DNA of 64,000 nt from Octopus sinensis (GCF_006345805.1 NC_042999.1:53196001-53260000); one strand, 5' to 3'; shown: positions 24,880 to 40,318, counted from the first letter of the stretch. Numbers and translations: made by a program. Notes: generated from the sequence alone by a model not told the origin.

Positions 24880-27610
24880 TAAATGTAAACTAGTAAATCC
24901 GGATATAGAAGCTGCAGGTTTCGAAGCAGTTGTCCATAGTTATCTACTTCTTCTTGGAATTTCAATGAGATATTCACATCAGCTGGAGGACAGCTGACCT
25001 CAATGACGGTTCATACTTTTCCTTGTCTGCCCTAAACAACAATATCCGGCATGTTATGCTTAAACTTGACCGATGTTTTGATGGGAATGCTCCACCAGTA
25101 TTCCTTGCGAATGAATTCAATAACTGGGGGTTTCTTTATATTTATTCTAGTACACACTTCTTTCCGAATGGCATTGAATGTTGTTTTTGAGACAACGTCA
25201 TGTCGCATAGGGAGGTAGTAACCTGATGACACTTTTGGAGAGCAGCAGCCAATCTCCTATGTAATATCCTCCACACAAATATGACATAATCAACATTTTT
25301 GGTTGCATTTTGGAACTACAAGAGCTTCACTGTCTCTTTTGTTGATCAGGTATTTAGTAGCATTGGCCTGTTGTTGGTTTGGAAATGCATAGTGTTCGAA
25401 ATTTGATGTGAAGTAACGCTCGCGAGTCCGAGAGAGGCTTCGCTTTATGTCAATGTTATTATCTTCTTCACGTCTAGGAAAACATACTCGTGCATGGTCT
25501 TTTTTTGTTTTGTTTTGGTATGCTGGGCATTTTAATTCCAGATCATCTTTGAGATACCCTAGTCCGTTAGATTTGAGGTTGTATGGGAGGCCATTAGGAA
25601 GAAAGTACTTCTTGAGGAGTTCACTTCGAACACACAGGATATTATTTTCTTTACTTTTCAGCGTATCTATTTTTGCTGCTGTTGTTTAGCAAGTGCTGTT
25701 TGAGACAGACTATGCCACATTCGAAGGCTTTCTGCACTGGTTTCAAGACCCTACTTCCTTTATCTCTTCTTAGGTATAGACTGTCGATAAAGCTATTTCT
25801 ACGGAGATTTCTAGTTGATGTTAGAACCTTGGAGGTTTTACTATCTATGGATTGGATTTCTTCTATAAGCCGGTCAAGTATCCCAGATTTTGGAACCAGC
25901 ACTGGTACTGCAAATGCAGTAGGATATAGTCTTGTTTTCAGACTATCATATTTTTCTTAGTTTGGTGTAATATACTTAGCTCTATCTCTATTCACACTAC
26001 TTACGTATTATATATTTTCATCAATGCCAAGCTACTTGTAACATTCTTTGTATGGGACAGGAGAAATAGTGAGACCATTGGGGCACAGGTTTTGCGTCTG
26101 GGAGATTGCTTTCCTCCGTTCAGCAATTAAATAAGAACATTTCTTCTAACCAAATTCCATTTCTGTGCCAGCTGAAAATGTTGGTATAAATTCCAGTTGT
26201 TTTTTGGCATGGTTAATGCATTTTAGTATAAATCTTGAAGTCATTCATAAAGGAATTATGGGTTACATTAATATCTCTTGCAGTTGCAGACCCTAGAATG
26301 TAGTCATTTGTTTTTTTGTAGCAGCTATGATAATGGGTTTAAAGCCCAAATGAACAGAAGTACAAAGAGACTATCTCCTGATCCTGGAATATTCCCTTTC
26401 AATTGCTTATGGGATTGGTGATGATCGTTTCACTTTGTGTTCTAAGTGAGAAGATTATGTTCAAGGTCTTTGTGAGCCTCTCAAAGGCAGCAATTAAGGT
26501 AGCAGGCTCTTTTGCCAAATGGAGACACTTCAGCAGCCACGAGTGCGGAATAGAGTCAAATGCCCTCCTATAATCAAGCCATAACTGTTATAAAGATCCT
26601 ACACTGTTTTTTGTTTTTTTGTTTTTCACCTCAGCTTTGTTCATCAGAAGTTGTTCGAGAAGACACCACACTTCATTCTTCCCGCTGGCTTACTCCATTG
26701 TGTTGTTGGAGTCACAATGATCCTAGAGGAATTAATTGAGGTAGCTTGTATACAGTATACGCATAATATTTAGGCAAGCAACAGGTCCGTAGTTTTCAGA
26801 AAACTCGGTGGTTTCATTCTTGGCCACGAGTTTCGTCTTTGTTGTAGCAACTTTGTTATGTCAGTCTGACTTTCCACAGCACTTTAGAATAAACTTATTA
26901 GTGGTTTCCTATAAAACGCAAGCCTCTTATAACAGTATCCCCCTATTCTATGTACCTTTCCATTATGTCATTTGCCTATAGCTATGGTGAAAATTTACGG
27001 ATCAATTACATTATTCACTGTTGATGTTGGTGCAGTATTCTCTCTTCACTGCATTTAACCAGGAATCACTGAGGTTGAGATTGGTTTTTTTCGTTCCACA
27101 TTTTCAACCAGAATGATTCAAGATCTTCTTGAAAAGTGGGGTGGGCTTTCTTAAACGGTAATATTTTCTTTTCTCATCTCTCTCAACACTGTTTGTGGAT
27201 TAGCACTAAACTTGTGATTTTTACAGACTCATTCAAAAATTCCTTTGCGATAGCGAATATTTCCGTGTTTAAGAGTAATTAGCCTCCGTTCAAGAGCTCG
27301 TTGTAAAGAATCACCAAACTGGTTTGTTAATTTGTTAATAGCATGTGACCGATGAGTTGTAAACTCATTGTTCCTCTTACATACAATATGGCGGCGTATA
27401 TTGTTGATGTTTTCTTCAAGTTTTGTTTTCCATCTGCGTTGTTTCGGTTTAGTACTTTTATTACCCTGTATACTGTAGATTTCTCCAAGGTCTTATTTAA
27501 GAGTTATAAGCAATGTGTATATGAGGGTATTAACACTCCAGTAATTAACATCACATGATTCCATGTTCTTTTCCAGCAACATCGTCAATGACTTTCAACA
27601 TTTGAGCAAT
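24880..27610 (-). mobile_element. R4/Dong-clade (RLE-type) LINE, decayed
   Basis: Minus-strand remnants DYRRAFDSIPHSWLLKCL, YKYL-like motif, LYLRRDKGSR, CCHC knuckle (CNQKC*LCHICVEDIT), RHDVVSK and PDIVV endonuclease motif; many stops; colinear with the 33255 copy. Confidence 0.85.
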
Positions 27611-28071
27611 TTAGAAACTAAAAGAAGGCAACTAAAAGAAGGCAAAAGGTAGTATAAAAACTACTTTATTGGACCGACCTAGGCCGCATATTATTTGGGG
27701 AAAACTTTAATTGTGGAGAAGAACAGCATTTTAACAAATTCATGCGATTCAGGCTCTTTTCTAAACTCGAAAAAGGAGTGCGTTTGGCTGGGTCATTTTG
27801 TTGAACTAAAGAATAATACATGCACAAGCAACACGCGTCATCTATAGCGAATACTGATCCAGGAAATACATGTCCTTGCTTCCTCCTATTTGTCGTTTCC
27901 GTTTCACTTTAATGTCATCACCTAATATATCTGGTCTCTCTCTGCATCCGGTGCTAAAGAGTGTATGTACCTCCGACAAGCATGTTTCAACGGTCCTCAA
28001 TATTGCTTCGTGGTGAGATTCTGATCAGATTTATGTCATATTCGTTAATATATCATTTGACAATTTAAAAA

Positions 28072-28113
<42 letters not shown>

Positions 28114-28287
28114 CATACATACATACATACATACATACATACATACATACATACATGCATACATACATGCATATATATATATATATATGAGTAATATAAA
28201 AAAGGAAACGGAGAAACTGACTTGTAGACATCGGTTTATTTGAAGATATTCCCTTCTGTACAATGTCCAATTCCGTGCCCCTACAGC

Positions 28288-28386
28288 TGTTTCTATGTTA
28301 AATTAATTTAACCTGAGGAATTAAATTAAATTAGATTAATTTAAATTCTCATATCGAATATCGTTAATTGGTCATTTTTTTCTGGG
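28288..28386 (-). ncRNA. Degenerate hammerhead-like motif with long AT-rich stem II
   Basis: ccc-CAGAAAA-(~75 nt of AT-rich hairpins)-GAAA-cagctg-TA-ggg; the 3' half is typical, the 5' core is mutated. Confidence 0.35.
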
Positions 28387-28422
28387 GAAGAAATAGATGA
28401 AAAAGGAGTTACACTCAGATAC

Positions 28423-28459
<37 letters not shown>

Positions 28460-29094
28460 GTGTGTGAGTTTTATTGCGTGTGTATGTGGGTGTAGGAGTG
28501 TGGGAGTTTTTGTAGTATGAACGTGAATGGTTTCTTTTAGTGTGTTTATGCGTGTGTGTGTGCGCATGTGCAGATATCAGAGCGCTGGTATTGTCAGCAA
28601 TAGATTCAGTCTCCTTTCTCTTTCGCAATGTTTTCCAATAATATAGAATAATATGGAAATAACATCCAAATTAAATTATATCTGTGAAATGTTGTGAAGA
28701 CACAAACGAAGTATTGTTCTCAGTCATTGACTTTTGGCCACGTGATATGACGTCAGGCATAGAAACCTGGTCAGTTGATTTGGTCTTTCTTCTGTTTAGG
28801 ATATCGACCTCCAATCTCTCCTCTCCTTTCAGTTGCTCATTCTCATATTCCTCTCAAATTCTTTACACAATAATTAATATATTCTCCTTATTATTTACCA
28901 CGCAAATGAATATATTCAGTTCTTGATATATTAATGTTCAGCTACATTCTCTCACATTATCTCAATTTTGTCAGACTTCCAGTTTGGCCTCTAGTTTTCT
29001 CTGAATAAACATATTCCTGAAACATATTTACATGATATCGCATATATTTCTATGTAATATGTGTGTGTGTGTGAGAGAGAGAGAGAGGTAGAGT

Positions 29095-29125
<31 letters not shown>

Positions 29126-29834
29126 CCAGACAGACAGACAGACAGAACGAAAGAAAACGTATGTGTGTTGGGAGATGTATTTCTGTTCGTCTTTATCAAT
29201 ATCAATCTGATATGGATCAGTCTCAACCCTCAACATTTGTTTGATTACTTGGACGCTTAGTTATTCGGGTTTTCTCGTCTCTCATGCCAAGATTATCGAA
29301 TTTGTTCAGCCTTAAACTGGATGGTGTTGCAAGCAGTGATTTTAGACATATAAATACAAATATAGGAAATTATGCACCACAGACAATTGTAACCGTATTT
29401 CAAGACAAACAATAATCACTAGGGTTGCCTGAAACCCAGAAACTGCCTTTCCTATAACACGCTTTTTAACACACACTTATAGAATGCTTCAAGTTGACAT
29501 GGATTTAAAAAATCTCCAAACAATGAACACATATACTATAAGTTACCTACAAGAGTCGCGTTGTCTTAATCTAAAATCCTTGGAGCACTATATAATGTCT
29601 TAAATTAAATATGCTTAATTAAGTAAAGAAGATAACGGAGAATTAAATTTTATAACCGTGATATAGGAACTAGGCGATTGATTCCAATAAATAATCGATT
29701 AACAAAGAACGTGCAAACACTTTTGGCACCCACAATGGCATCTTAAGTAGAGTCTTTGATGTCAGATCTATGGTCTAAATAAATCCAACAGGTGGTGCTG
29801 CTAAATGGGGATAACTTCTGCGCTAATAATATTC

Positions 29835-30228
29835 TTTTCTACTCTCGGCGCAAGGCCCGAAATTTTGGGGGAGGGGGCCAGTCGATTAGAACGAACCCAG
29901 CGAGCAATTGGTACTTAATTTATCGACTTCAGAAGGATGAAAGGCAAAGTCGACCTCGGCGGAATTTGAACTCGGAACGTAAAGACAGATGAAATACCTA
30001 TTTCTTTACTACCCACAAGGGGCTAAACACAGAGAGGACAAACAAGGAAAGACAAACGGATTAAGTCGATTACATCGACCGCAGTGCGTAACTGGTACTT
30101 ATTTAATCGACCCCGAAAGGATGAAAGGCAAAGTCGACCTTGGCGGAATTTGAACTCAGAACATAACGGCAGACGAAATACCACTAAGCATTTCACCCGG
30201 TGTGCTAAAGTCTCTGCCAGCTCACCGA
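29835..30228 (-). mobile_element. SINE family A, dimeric arrangement
   Basis: Two successive aaggatgaaaggcaaagtcgacct.ggcggaatttgaactc units (~29935 and ~30117). Confidence 0.9.
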
Positions 30229-30965
30229 CATCTGGGATAATAATACTGGCGGAAAACTATGATTTGTGCACCATATCTCTCTCTTTCTAGCTTTCTTTCT
30301 CTCTGTCTCTGTTTCTGTCTCTTTCTCTCTGCCTTTCTCTTTCTATCTCTCTTCCTCATTCTTTTCCTTCTCTATCTCTCTCTCACTCTTCCTGTATACA
30401 CACACACACGCGAGTACATACACGCACGTCCCTATGTGTATGTATCAATGTATATATCTATACATTCGTCTTAGAAATGCGCAAGCTACTTTACAACTCT
30501 GACATTGTATAAATAATTTAATCAAATAAATATTAAACTCGATGAATTTATTGCTATATTTTTTCTTATATAGGTTGAGGTAACTGAAATTAAATGAACA
30601 CAACACCTGTAGCGATGCTAGCGGTATAAAAATTCTGAACTCTTCGTAAGTATAACGTGTTTATTAGTTATCACCAGAATGTTCTCTCCCTTGTTATTAT
30701 TGTATCTCTTATCACACATGAAAAATCGATTAGATGCTTTTTATGATTAGAGAAAATTAATTCATATGACAATCTTTATCTTCATCATACAAAGATATAT
30801 CGCTATACATAGAACATATTTTTCAGAACATACCAGAATAGCGTTGCTGCAAGAATGATTTTGATTACAAATGGGAGGTTGTTACTGCGAAAGATAACAT
30901 GTAGGTGGTTTTATTTGAATAATGACAACTAGCATACATATGAGTGTGTGCGTGTGTGTGTGTGT

Positions 30966-31009
<44 letters not shown>

Positions 31010-31106
31010 GTGTGTATCGATAACTAGATATAGATACATGTATTGAAAGATAAATGTGTTTGTATGTATATGGTTATATATGTATAGTTATATGAACACC
31101 ATATAT

Positions 31107-31144
<38 letters not shown>

Positions 31145-31469
31145 GGTAAAGACCCCCTTCGGTCATGAATGACCATGGGATTGCACCTAGAAAGTTACCC
31201 TTCTAGACACAAGTCCGGGCAAGGTTGTTTATGGAAGACCAGCAGTCGCCCATGCATACCAGCCTCCCCTCTCCACACCACAAGTGTTATCCAAGGGAAA
31301 GACAAAGGTCGATACAGCTTGGCACCAGTGACGTCGCAACTCATTTCTACAGCTGAGTGAACTGGAGCAACGTGAAATAAAGTGCCTTGCTCAAGAACAC
31401 AACACGCAGCCCGGTCCGGGATTCGAGCTCACAACCTCACGATCGTAAGCTCGACGCTCTAACCACTGA

Positions 31470-31474
<5 letters not shown>
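31145..31474 (-). mobile_element. SINE family D (tRNA head, gtgttcttgagcaaggcactt domain)
   Basis: atggctcagtggttagagcgtcg (A box)...gagctcgaatccc (B-box-like); inserted in (TA)n. Confidence 0.85.
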
Positions 31475-31504
<30 letters not shown>

Positions 31505-31509
<5 letters not shown>

Positions 31510-31920
31510 TAATCCAAACATGAAAACACAACAACGCGAGGATGTCGAACAAATATAGTATTATTGGACGCTCAGGAATGAAGGGAAGAAGGAGGGTTTT
31601 AAGTTTCTAGCGGAGGTCTTCGTCAGAAACATAGGAAAAGGAACGATCCAGAAAAGGGAAGACGGAGGAATAAAATCGCCAACGGTACACACGCGGTCAC
31701 ATATATATATATACATATATATTCAATCCAAACAAGAACAAGCAAGAATAATCAACAACGCGAGGACGTGGTACAAGTAATGTGTTATTGGATGCTCAGG
31801 AAAGGAAAGGAAAGAAAGGGGGTTTCACGTTTCGAGCCGAGTTCTTCATCAGAAATATAGAAAAAGTCCAAAGAAAGGAAGACGAAGAGTGAAAACCGCC
31901 AACGATACACAAGCGATCAC
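31505..31920 (-). mobile_element. Two adjacent solo PLE pLTR-like units, each with a degenerate minimal HHR
   Basis: Units 31505-31700 and 31720-31920 share aatccaaaca..caacaacgcgagga..tattgga.gctcaggaa..tcttc.tcagaaa; minus strand gives CTGACGA and CTGATGA..GAAAcg at 31596-31630 and 31822-31856. Confidence 0.7.
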
Positions 31921-32775
31921 GTGCGTATCTTTGTAAAGATACGCCTCATGGTTTATTCTTTTACTTTCTCTTTCTCTTTCCTTCTCTGTCTTTCTTTCCC
32001 GCCCCTCTCTCCGTAATCTCACATTCTGGACGTGACCTAGGTCAAGGAGGACAAGAAGAAAAGTGTCAAAAACTCTTCAGGAGTAAACGTAAGGACCGAC
32101 ATCTATTAGCGATCACAAGATACACTTTATGAAGCCTTAAACACTGGGATTCGATGACAGGTTGTAGACTACTGTGTGCCTCAATAAAGAACTGAATGTA
32201 TATATGTACAAATATGTATATGCATGTATATAAACATATGTACATTTACCTGTACATATACATATACATCTGCACGAACGTGTGAATGAGCGCGTATGTG
32301 CACCTGCGCGTGTGCATGAGCTTTTCAGAGCATCTATGTTCAGCCTTTCCTTTATATAAATAAGTAAGCATACAAATTTATTCAACCTCTGTGTCAGAAA
32401 CAGAGAAATTGACACATACGTGTTAGACATATAGAGAGATAAGTGCATAAATTGCTCAAGGGTATGTCATTTCATTGTCAAGGAACATCTCAAGATCTTT
32501 TTTGAAATACGTCAAAAAGCAAGGAAATATTACCTTCATTTCCTCTCGCGTTGTTTTTTAAAATTATAAATATTTATACATAGAAACATACGTAAGTTCG
32601 TACCTATACACATACACACCTCCATTCCAAATTCGCATAAACATATACATTCGCACATTCATACATAAATATTTAGATTTATAAATATATGAATACAAAC
32701 ACTCACACACCCTCTCTCTCACTTACACACATATATATTTATACATACATATATACATATACATATATACATATG

Positions 32776-32853
<78 letters not shown>

Positions 32854-33254
32854 TTATCTATACACGCACACACACACATATATATAGTTGAAATTTACCG
32901 AAAAACAAAACACGAAGACAGGTGTATGATGGTGTGTGAGTGTGCAGATAATGGTGTGTGGTGTTGATGCTGGGAAGTGGTCTGTGCTAGATTGTGGAGT
33001 AGTGTGGAGTGGTTTGATGAGGTGCGGTGGTGTGGTGGTGTGCGGCTGTGAGGATGGGGTTTGGGGATATGTAGGTGGGCTGTGGGTGTGAGGGTGAGGT
33101 TGTGGGCTGGTCATCAAACAAGGAATGCTGCTCAAGGAGCTACCTTCCAAGTTTTATGATGTCATCAACCTCACATATGCAAACTTGGTCATAGCGTTGT
33201 CCAAGAGAAACTCCGCTTCGTGTCAATTCTGCTCTCTTCGTCAAGATTCCGGAC

Positions 33255-35730
33255 AGCATACCCATGCATGGTCTTTTTTTGTATGCTGATTGCTTTCTAC
33301 CCAGTTTTTCTCTGAGGTAAGAGAGCCCAATTATTTTGGCGCTGTTTGGGAGAGCATCAAGTAGAGAGTACTTTTTGAGGAGCCCACTGCCAAGCTTACT
33401 TCACCTTTCAGCACTGCATTAATATATTTATTTTTGCTGCTGTTTTTCAGCAGGTGTTGTCTAAGTGATACCACAACGGCATTCGAAGGCCGTCTGCACT
33501 GATCCCACGCCTCTACCACCTTCATTTCTTCTTAGGTAGAGCCTGTCAACATCATTGTTTCTGTAAAAGTACCAAGTTATTGTCAGGATTTTACAGGTTT
33601 TAATATAGAGTGGACTTCCTCTACACACCAATCAAGTATCCCAAATGTTGGAATCAGCAATGATACCGCAAATGAATTGTGGGATATTGTTTTGTTATAA
33701 GGGGGAAGTTCCGACTGCCATATTTTGCTAAGTCTTGCGTAATATTCTCGGGATACTCTATCTTTATTCACAGTGTCTTCATATGATACATTTTCGTCTA
33801 TGCGTAGGTACTTGTAACATTCTTTGTGTGGAATGGGAGAGATAGAGAAACCGAGTTGATGCACATGTTTGAGGGGTGTGAGACAGACTTTCCTTTTATA
33901 ACCAAATATGAGCATTTCTTTTGGCCAAATTCCATACCTACGTATATCAGCTGAAAATGTTATTAATTCCAATTGTTTTTTGGCATTGTTAACACTTTTA
34001 TCATAAATCTTCCGGTCGTCTACAAAGAAATTGAATTATATTGATATTTCTATCAGTTGAAGATCCTAGCATGTAATTTTTGTTTTCTGCAGTAGGAATG
34101 ATAATGGATTCAGTGCCAAAAGGAAAAGATGTACAGAAGGCCTCCCTAAAATATTCCCTTTGAAATGCCTAGAGTATCTGAAACAATTAATCTGATCTCA
34201 GTTGGAAGGGTGAGAACTGTTGTCCATGTCTTTGTGGGTCACTCTATAGCAGCAATTAAGGTAGTAGGTACTTTTGCCAGATGTAGGCATTTCAACGGCC
34301 ATGAATGAGGGATAGAGTCGAATGCCTTCTTATAATCAAGCCATACTGTCACAAGGTTTCGACGCCGTTTTCTTACTTCAGTCAGTACAGCTTTGTTTAT
34401 TAAAAGTTGTTCTGCACATCCCCACACTCCTTTATTCCACCAACCAGTTCATCAGTCACAATGTTGTTCGACTCACAACGGTTCTGCTGGAATTGGTTGG
34501 GGCAACTTGTGTACGATTTGTACATCATGTTTAGGCAAGCAACGGGCCTGTAGTTTCCTGCCATTTAGGTGATTTCCTTTTTGGCAAGAAGATTTGTCCT
34601 TGATGTAGCAAGCCACTTTGGTATATCAGTCTCACCTTTCATAGTCCTCTTGAACATACATATCAACTGGTTTCTATAAAATGTAAGATTCTTGTACCAA
34701 TATCCAACTATTAGGTCCCTTCCAGGTGCCTTCTCATTCTGCAGTTTGCCTACTGCTATAACGAAGGTTTTTGCATCATTTTTGTTTTTACCGCTAGTGT
34801 TGGTACAATATTCTCTCTCAATTGTATTTAATCATGATGCATTCAGGTTGCGATCCCTCTTTTCATTCCAAATTTTTGACCAGAATGACTATAGATCTTT
34901 TTCAGATGTAGCTTTCGTAATGGTAATATTTTCCTTCCCCATCTCTATGTATAATACTTATGGGCTAGAAGTAAACTTGTGATCGATACTAGCTCGTTCA
35001 TAAATTAGCGAAGTTTCTCGCTCATGTTTTAAAGTGATTAGCTTTCCCTCAAGAGCTCGGTGTGAAGTGTTGCCATAAAGTTTCGCTAATTTTGGTTTAA
35101 GGTAGAGTCGGTGAGGTGTAAACTCATTTTTCTCCTTACATTTTATTGTTGTAGTTAACCATCTTAAATGGCGGCGCACGCTGCTGATGCTTTCTTCATG
35201 GTTTGTTTTCCATCTAGGCTATTTCCGTTTAGTAATTTCGTTACTTTGTTCACAATAGACTTTTCCTAGGTGTTCTTTAAATTTAATAGCGGCTGTGTAT
35301 ATAAGAGTATTTATATTCCAGTAATTAACATCACATGATTCCATGTGCTCTCCAGCAACATTGTTGATAACCTTAAACTTTAGATCGGTCGGGTTGTTTC
35401 TCACTCTTGTTGCTCAGCGAAAGCTTCGAGAAAGTAACAAAATGTTTTCACAATTGTAATTTTAAAATGATTTTGAGTTGGATGTATTCCAGACTTCGCT
35501 ACTGAGTTAGCTAAATTTGGAAAAATATTCGAATTTAGCGATGGCGGGAGCAGTGGTTTATTTACAATATTTTTTTATGCCGCTTCTCGCAGACTTTGGC
35601 CCATTCTCGCTGTTTTGGTAAGATCGAGGATCAGATGATTTGTTTTTACAATAGATGCTTGGTGTCGGAGCTGTTTCGCCGTCAAGATATTCAAGTTGGG
35701 AGGAACTAGCTCCCTTTATTGTTTTAGCTG
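33255..35730 (-). mobile_element. R4/Dong-clade LINE, decayed, 5' and RT region
   Basis: WGCAEQLLINKAVL..NLVTVWLDYKKAFDSIPHSW, FFVDD, YKYL, NYRPVACLN; homologous to the 24880 copy; 5' boundary uncertain. Confidence 0.85.
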
Positions 35731-35734
35731 CTTC

Positions 35735-35935
35735 ATGTATGTATGTATGTATGTATGTATGTATGTATGTAGTATGTATGTATGTATGTATGTATGTATG
35801 TATGTATGTATGTATGTATGTATGTACGTATGCATGCATATATGTATGTATATATGTATGTATGTATGTAAGTATGTGTGTATGTATGTATGGATGTATG
35901 TATGTATGTATGTATGTATGTATGTATGTATGTAT
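35735..35935. repeat. (TATG)n microsatellite
   Basis: About 200 bp of gtat repeats between two R4 pieces. Confidence 0.95.
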
Positions 35936-35939
35936 ATGT

Positions 35940-36055
35940 GCAGTTTTGTATATTTTATGCATACATTCTCACGCATATTGTTACACATCTAAATGATAAA
36001 CTTCTGGAAGGTTTTGCCGAATTTTACAGTTCCAGTGAACAAAATTTTATTTGAA
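35940..36055 (-). mobile_element. R4/Dong-like LINE extreme 3' end
   Basis: Reverse complement ggaactgtaaaattcggcaaaaccttccagaagtttatcatttag matches the ORF end at 46140-46185 and 53260-53300. Confidence 0.75.
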
Positions 36056-36253
36056 CAAACAGAAAAACAGAAGTCGACATATGTGTCTATTTATCTTGTG
36101 TTATTTGTATTTAGAAGAAAGTTAAAAAGGCGTTTCGATTTTCGATCGCTTGGTGCATGGCACATTGGCATTGATCTCTCAATTCGATAATGAACTTTCA
36201 AGAAACTATCCGGAACAGAATTACATTTGTAACTTTCTTCCGATTAAAGACGG

Positions 36254-36319
<66 letters not shown>

Positions 36320-38179
36320 ATTATATATATATATATATATATATGCATGTTGGTGTGTGTGCGTGACTGTGTGTGTGTGTAACTATCTTTTCGATTCCAA
36401 TTTCCAATGAATACCTGACTACGTAGTTCAATGAAACCAAAATTCGTATAAAAAGACCGACATTCTTTATTGAATATTGATTACTCCCCTATTGTTAAGA
36501 ACTTAAAATCAATCCCCAAATACTTCGCGTATATATGGACACACACACACATACATATGTATGTGTGGGCGTGTCATACATATATATGTACATACATATA
36601 AACAGATACTTATATGTAAGTGTAATTATGCATACATGTATATTGGTGAGTGATTTTCTATTTGTTTACCGAGATAGATCTTCGATAGTTTGTCATTTAT
36701 TATCGTACAAAATACTAAATATTGATTATATTCCAATTAGAACTAGAAGTACTGTGTTCAGCCGATTGATTTTTGGCGAATGTTCCACTGCAGTTAACAC
36801 TTTACTGCATTAGATTGGTAGGTTTTTCTGAACTCTTAGTACTTTCAATTCTACAGTCTATATATGCCTGCAAACTTGTTCTTTATTCGAAGTTTATAAT
36901 CATTTACTCATTTGATTATACTAATGAAAGCCGGCGCAATACGTTGAATATATTTCAAAAAACTTGAAAATTGCGGCAAAATATTAGTATATCTGAACAA
37001 ACAGTTATTATATTCGAGCTAATTTCATAAACCTGGGCTATATATTTTGATATCTGAAGCTATCATGAATATGTGCTTGGCTTTTGTAGTTGATATTACC
37101 TTATAAAAGAGTCTGTTGGCAAATAGTCTGGTTCTCTTGTAAGACAAGTGTTAGTTTATAAACCAAATAAGAGAAAGCTTCACAACATGGCTGATTTTCG
37201 ATAGGAAATTCTGTCGACAGCACCTGCAGTCGAACTTTTGTATAATGTATTCAACTGCGACCATTCTACATACGGCATTCGCGTGTTTGTGTGCGCGTGT
37301 ATGTGTGATAACAGAAGTGGAGCTTCAAACTCGGAAATTATTTCATGGAATCCATCCAACAAAAACGGATCGATTCAATGACGGAATATCTTGATATATG
37401 TGAAAATCCTCAAATATCCAAAGAGTTTTCATAAACATTAACATATAGACATGTCTCCTGGGCGAAATTACAGCAACATTCGTCCTAAACCAGGACTGCC
37501 ATGTTATGTTGGAAAAAAATCTTTACTCTAAAATGATGTTGCTGAATATCTTTCGTTTTGAGATTTAAAAATAGTAATTTTCAAATATATTACAAATTGT
37601 CTTAAATGTTAAACTCTAAATATTTATTGCTACAAAGTAAACAATATATTCTACAAATAATATAGTGTTTAATAAATCACATACTGATTATTTCCCTTTG
37701 AAGTTCTTATTGACTGAATTGCCTTCCCTGCAAACACTGTATTTAAAATTAATACTCATGAAGTGACATTCCGTTTTTACCAAAATAAGTTAGAAACAGC
37801 TTTAGCCATATATATCTGCAAGTGTCAATAACAGTTTTAGTGCGGTAGGAATTTTCCCGTGACATATTTCCATACTAATTTAAACTTACAATTTTTGCCT
37901 AGGTCTCTTGGTACACACACACATACCTATCCCATGATCTGGCCAAATATTTTAAATTTTAAACTATCTGTTTCCCTTAAAAAATTCTCTATTCTCTCAA
38001 CAAAATTGTGTGGTGAGACCATATTTTTTTACTTTCATGGTCTCCGGTCTCTGTAGAATCGTAACGTATTAAATATGGATCAATAATATGCTTGAACACT
38101 AAATCGCAGATATTTAACAAACAACTTCCAGATGCTAGTCCTACCGGTGGAAAACTTCATGTATATGTACGTACGTACA

Positions 38180-38392
38180 TAGTAAATCCAAAACAAAAAC
38201 GAAGAACAAACACAAGAAAAATACAACAACGCGTGGACGTGGTACATGCAATGTATTTGCAGACGCTGCACAGGGAAGGAAAGAAAGGTAGCTTTTAAGT
38301 TTGAGCAAAGCTCTTCGTCAGAAACAGGAGACGGAGGAAAGACCAAGAGAAAAGAAAACGGATGAAAAAGAAAAAACGTCAACGATCCACAT
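38180..38392 (-). mobile_element. Solo PLE pLTR-like unit with degenerate HHR
   Basis: Same family as 31505; CTGACGA-a-gagc/ttt/gctc-aaa at 38293-38325 (G12 missing). Confidence 0.65.
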
Positions 38393-38479
38393 GTGAGACG
38401 ATCTAAGGTCTATTTTTCAGCATATTCACATATAAAATTTCTTTTGCCATATTTATAATATATATGTATTATATATATA

Positions 38480-38530
<51 letters not shown>

Positions 38531-38545
38531 TTATTTATTTATATA

Positions 38546-38613
<68 letters not shown>

Positions 38614-39750
38614 GTGCGCGTACGCGTGAATGTGTGTGCTTATGTGCGTGTGTGTATGAATGTGTACGGTGTGTGTGTATATATATATATATACACACAT
38701 ACATATATATCTATATATATATATATATTAATATAGATATATTATATGATGGAAAAATTGGTTAGTACATCATTTAAATATTAAATGAATATTCACACGA
38801 CCGTTAGTCATACCATGAATATGTGAGTAAAAGGAAAATAGGTAAATAAATTTCATGTGATTATTTGCGAATTTTCTGACCAAAGAATTGTAATAGACGG
38901 GAAAACGAAATCATTTGTAGGTCTTCATGGCTTCGGCATTCAACACAATGTTTTAATAAGCCATATGTACAAATGCAAAATCACACAGGGACATACACAG
39001 ACACGCGCGCGCGCACACACATGTACATACACACATATGTAAAAAATAAAAAAGGTATGTGAGTATGTATGTTTGAATGTATGCATTTATATATGAATGC
39101 TTGTATATAAAAATTCTATGAATTAGTAGGATGACAGATCAATCTGGGTCTCCTCTATCAAAATACATGAACTGGTGGGACCATATAGCCAGGAACGTTT
39201 TTAAACAGCCACCTGAGGAGGCGCATGCTCCAATTGGGATGTACTATAAGAACTGCAAAACATCTCACCTACGAACTACACGAAAATGCGTGGAAACAAT
39301 TGTAGGGAATTTTTAATAAAGAATTTCGTTAACTGCATTTTGTGTCGTTTATGTATGTATGTATTCATGTATGCGTATGTATGTATGTATGATTGTACGT
39401 ATGTATGTATTTATACATAATATATATATATGTGTGTGTGTTTGTGTGCGTCCGTATGTGTGTGTGCGTGTGTGTATGTGTGTATGTATGTATGTTTATT
39501 ATCATAGGAATATCTATGCAAAACATTTGTGCATATACCTGTTATATGTTAAGTTGCTTACAAGAAAATTATGCTGCAATGATTTTGTATTCATTTCTTA
39601 TTTTCAAAGTCTAAATTGCTGCTTATGTTCCATGTAGTGGCCTGTCTGTCTGTCTGTGTGTGTGTGTCTGTCTATCTGTCTATCTATTTTTAGTGAGTCA
39701 GTTTCTAGCATGTGCATGTGTAAGTGTGAGCTTGTATGCATTTGTCCGTA

Positions 39751-40040
39751 TCAAAGCGCTGTTAAAACGCTTTCAGGTGATGATCTGATGACGCACACAA
39801 GACATGAAGACCTCTCCTGACAACACTGGAATCCTGTTGAGTGGTAAATCATGACGCTGAATCGAAGAAACTTTTGATGTGTTCCGACTGTGAGAGAATC
39901 ATGGATATGCATATTTCGATCTTGCTGGAGGGTCTCAACCAACTGCTTTTCTCTTGGGCCCTTCACCAAGGTCGGAGTGTGCATGTTACAATATCCTGGT
40001 AGAATTACCCAATGGAAGAACTCCAGTTTATTTACAACAT
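39751..40040 (-). mobile_element. Possible decayed Tc1/mariner transposase fragment
   Basis: Loose resemblance to QQD..P.HT and PPSSPDLNP motifs across frameshifts. Confidence 0.3.
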
Positions 40041-40280
40041 GGTAAACCAAAGGAAACGAATATATTTATTGAACGCACACACACATAGACACACGCACAC
40101 AGCACACATGCGCGCGCGCAGACACACATCGATATATACAAATATTCATATATATCTTTCTAATGTACCAGCATGCATAAGTTTACACTTATATGCCATG
40201 TCTATTTACATATCCATACGCATATACATACACACACACATACACACATATAGATAGGAGAGTGTATGTATATATATATA

Positions 40281-40318
<38 letters not shown>
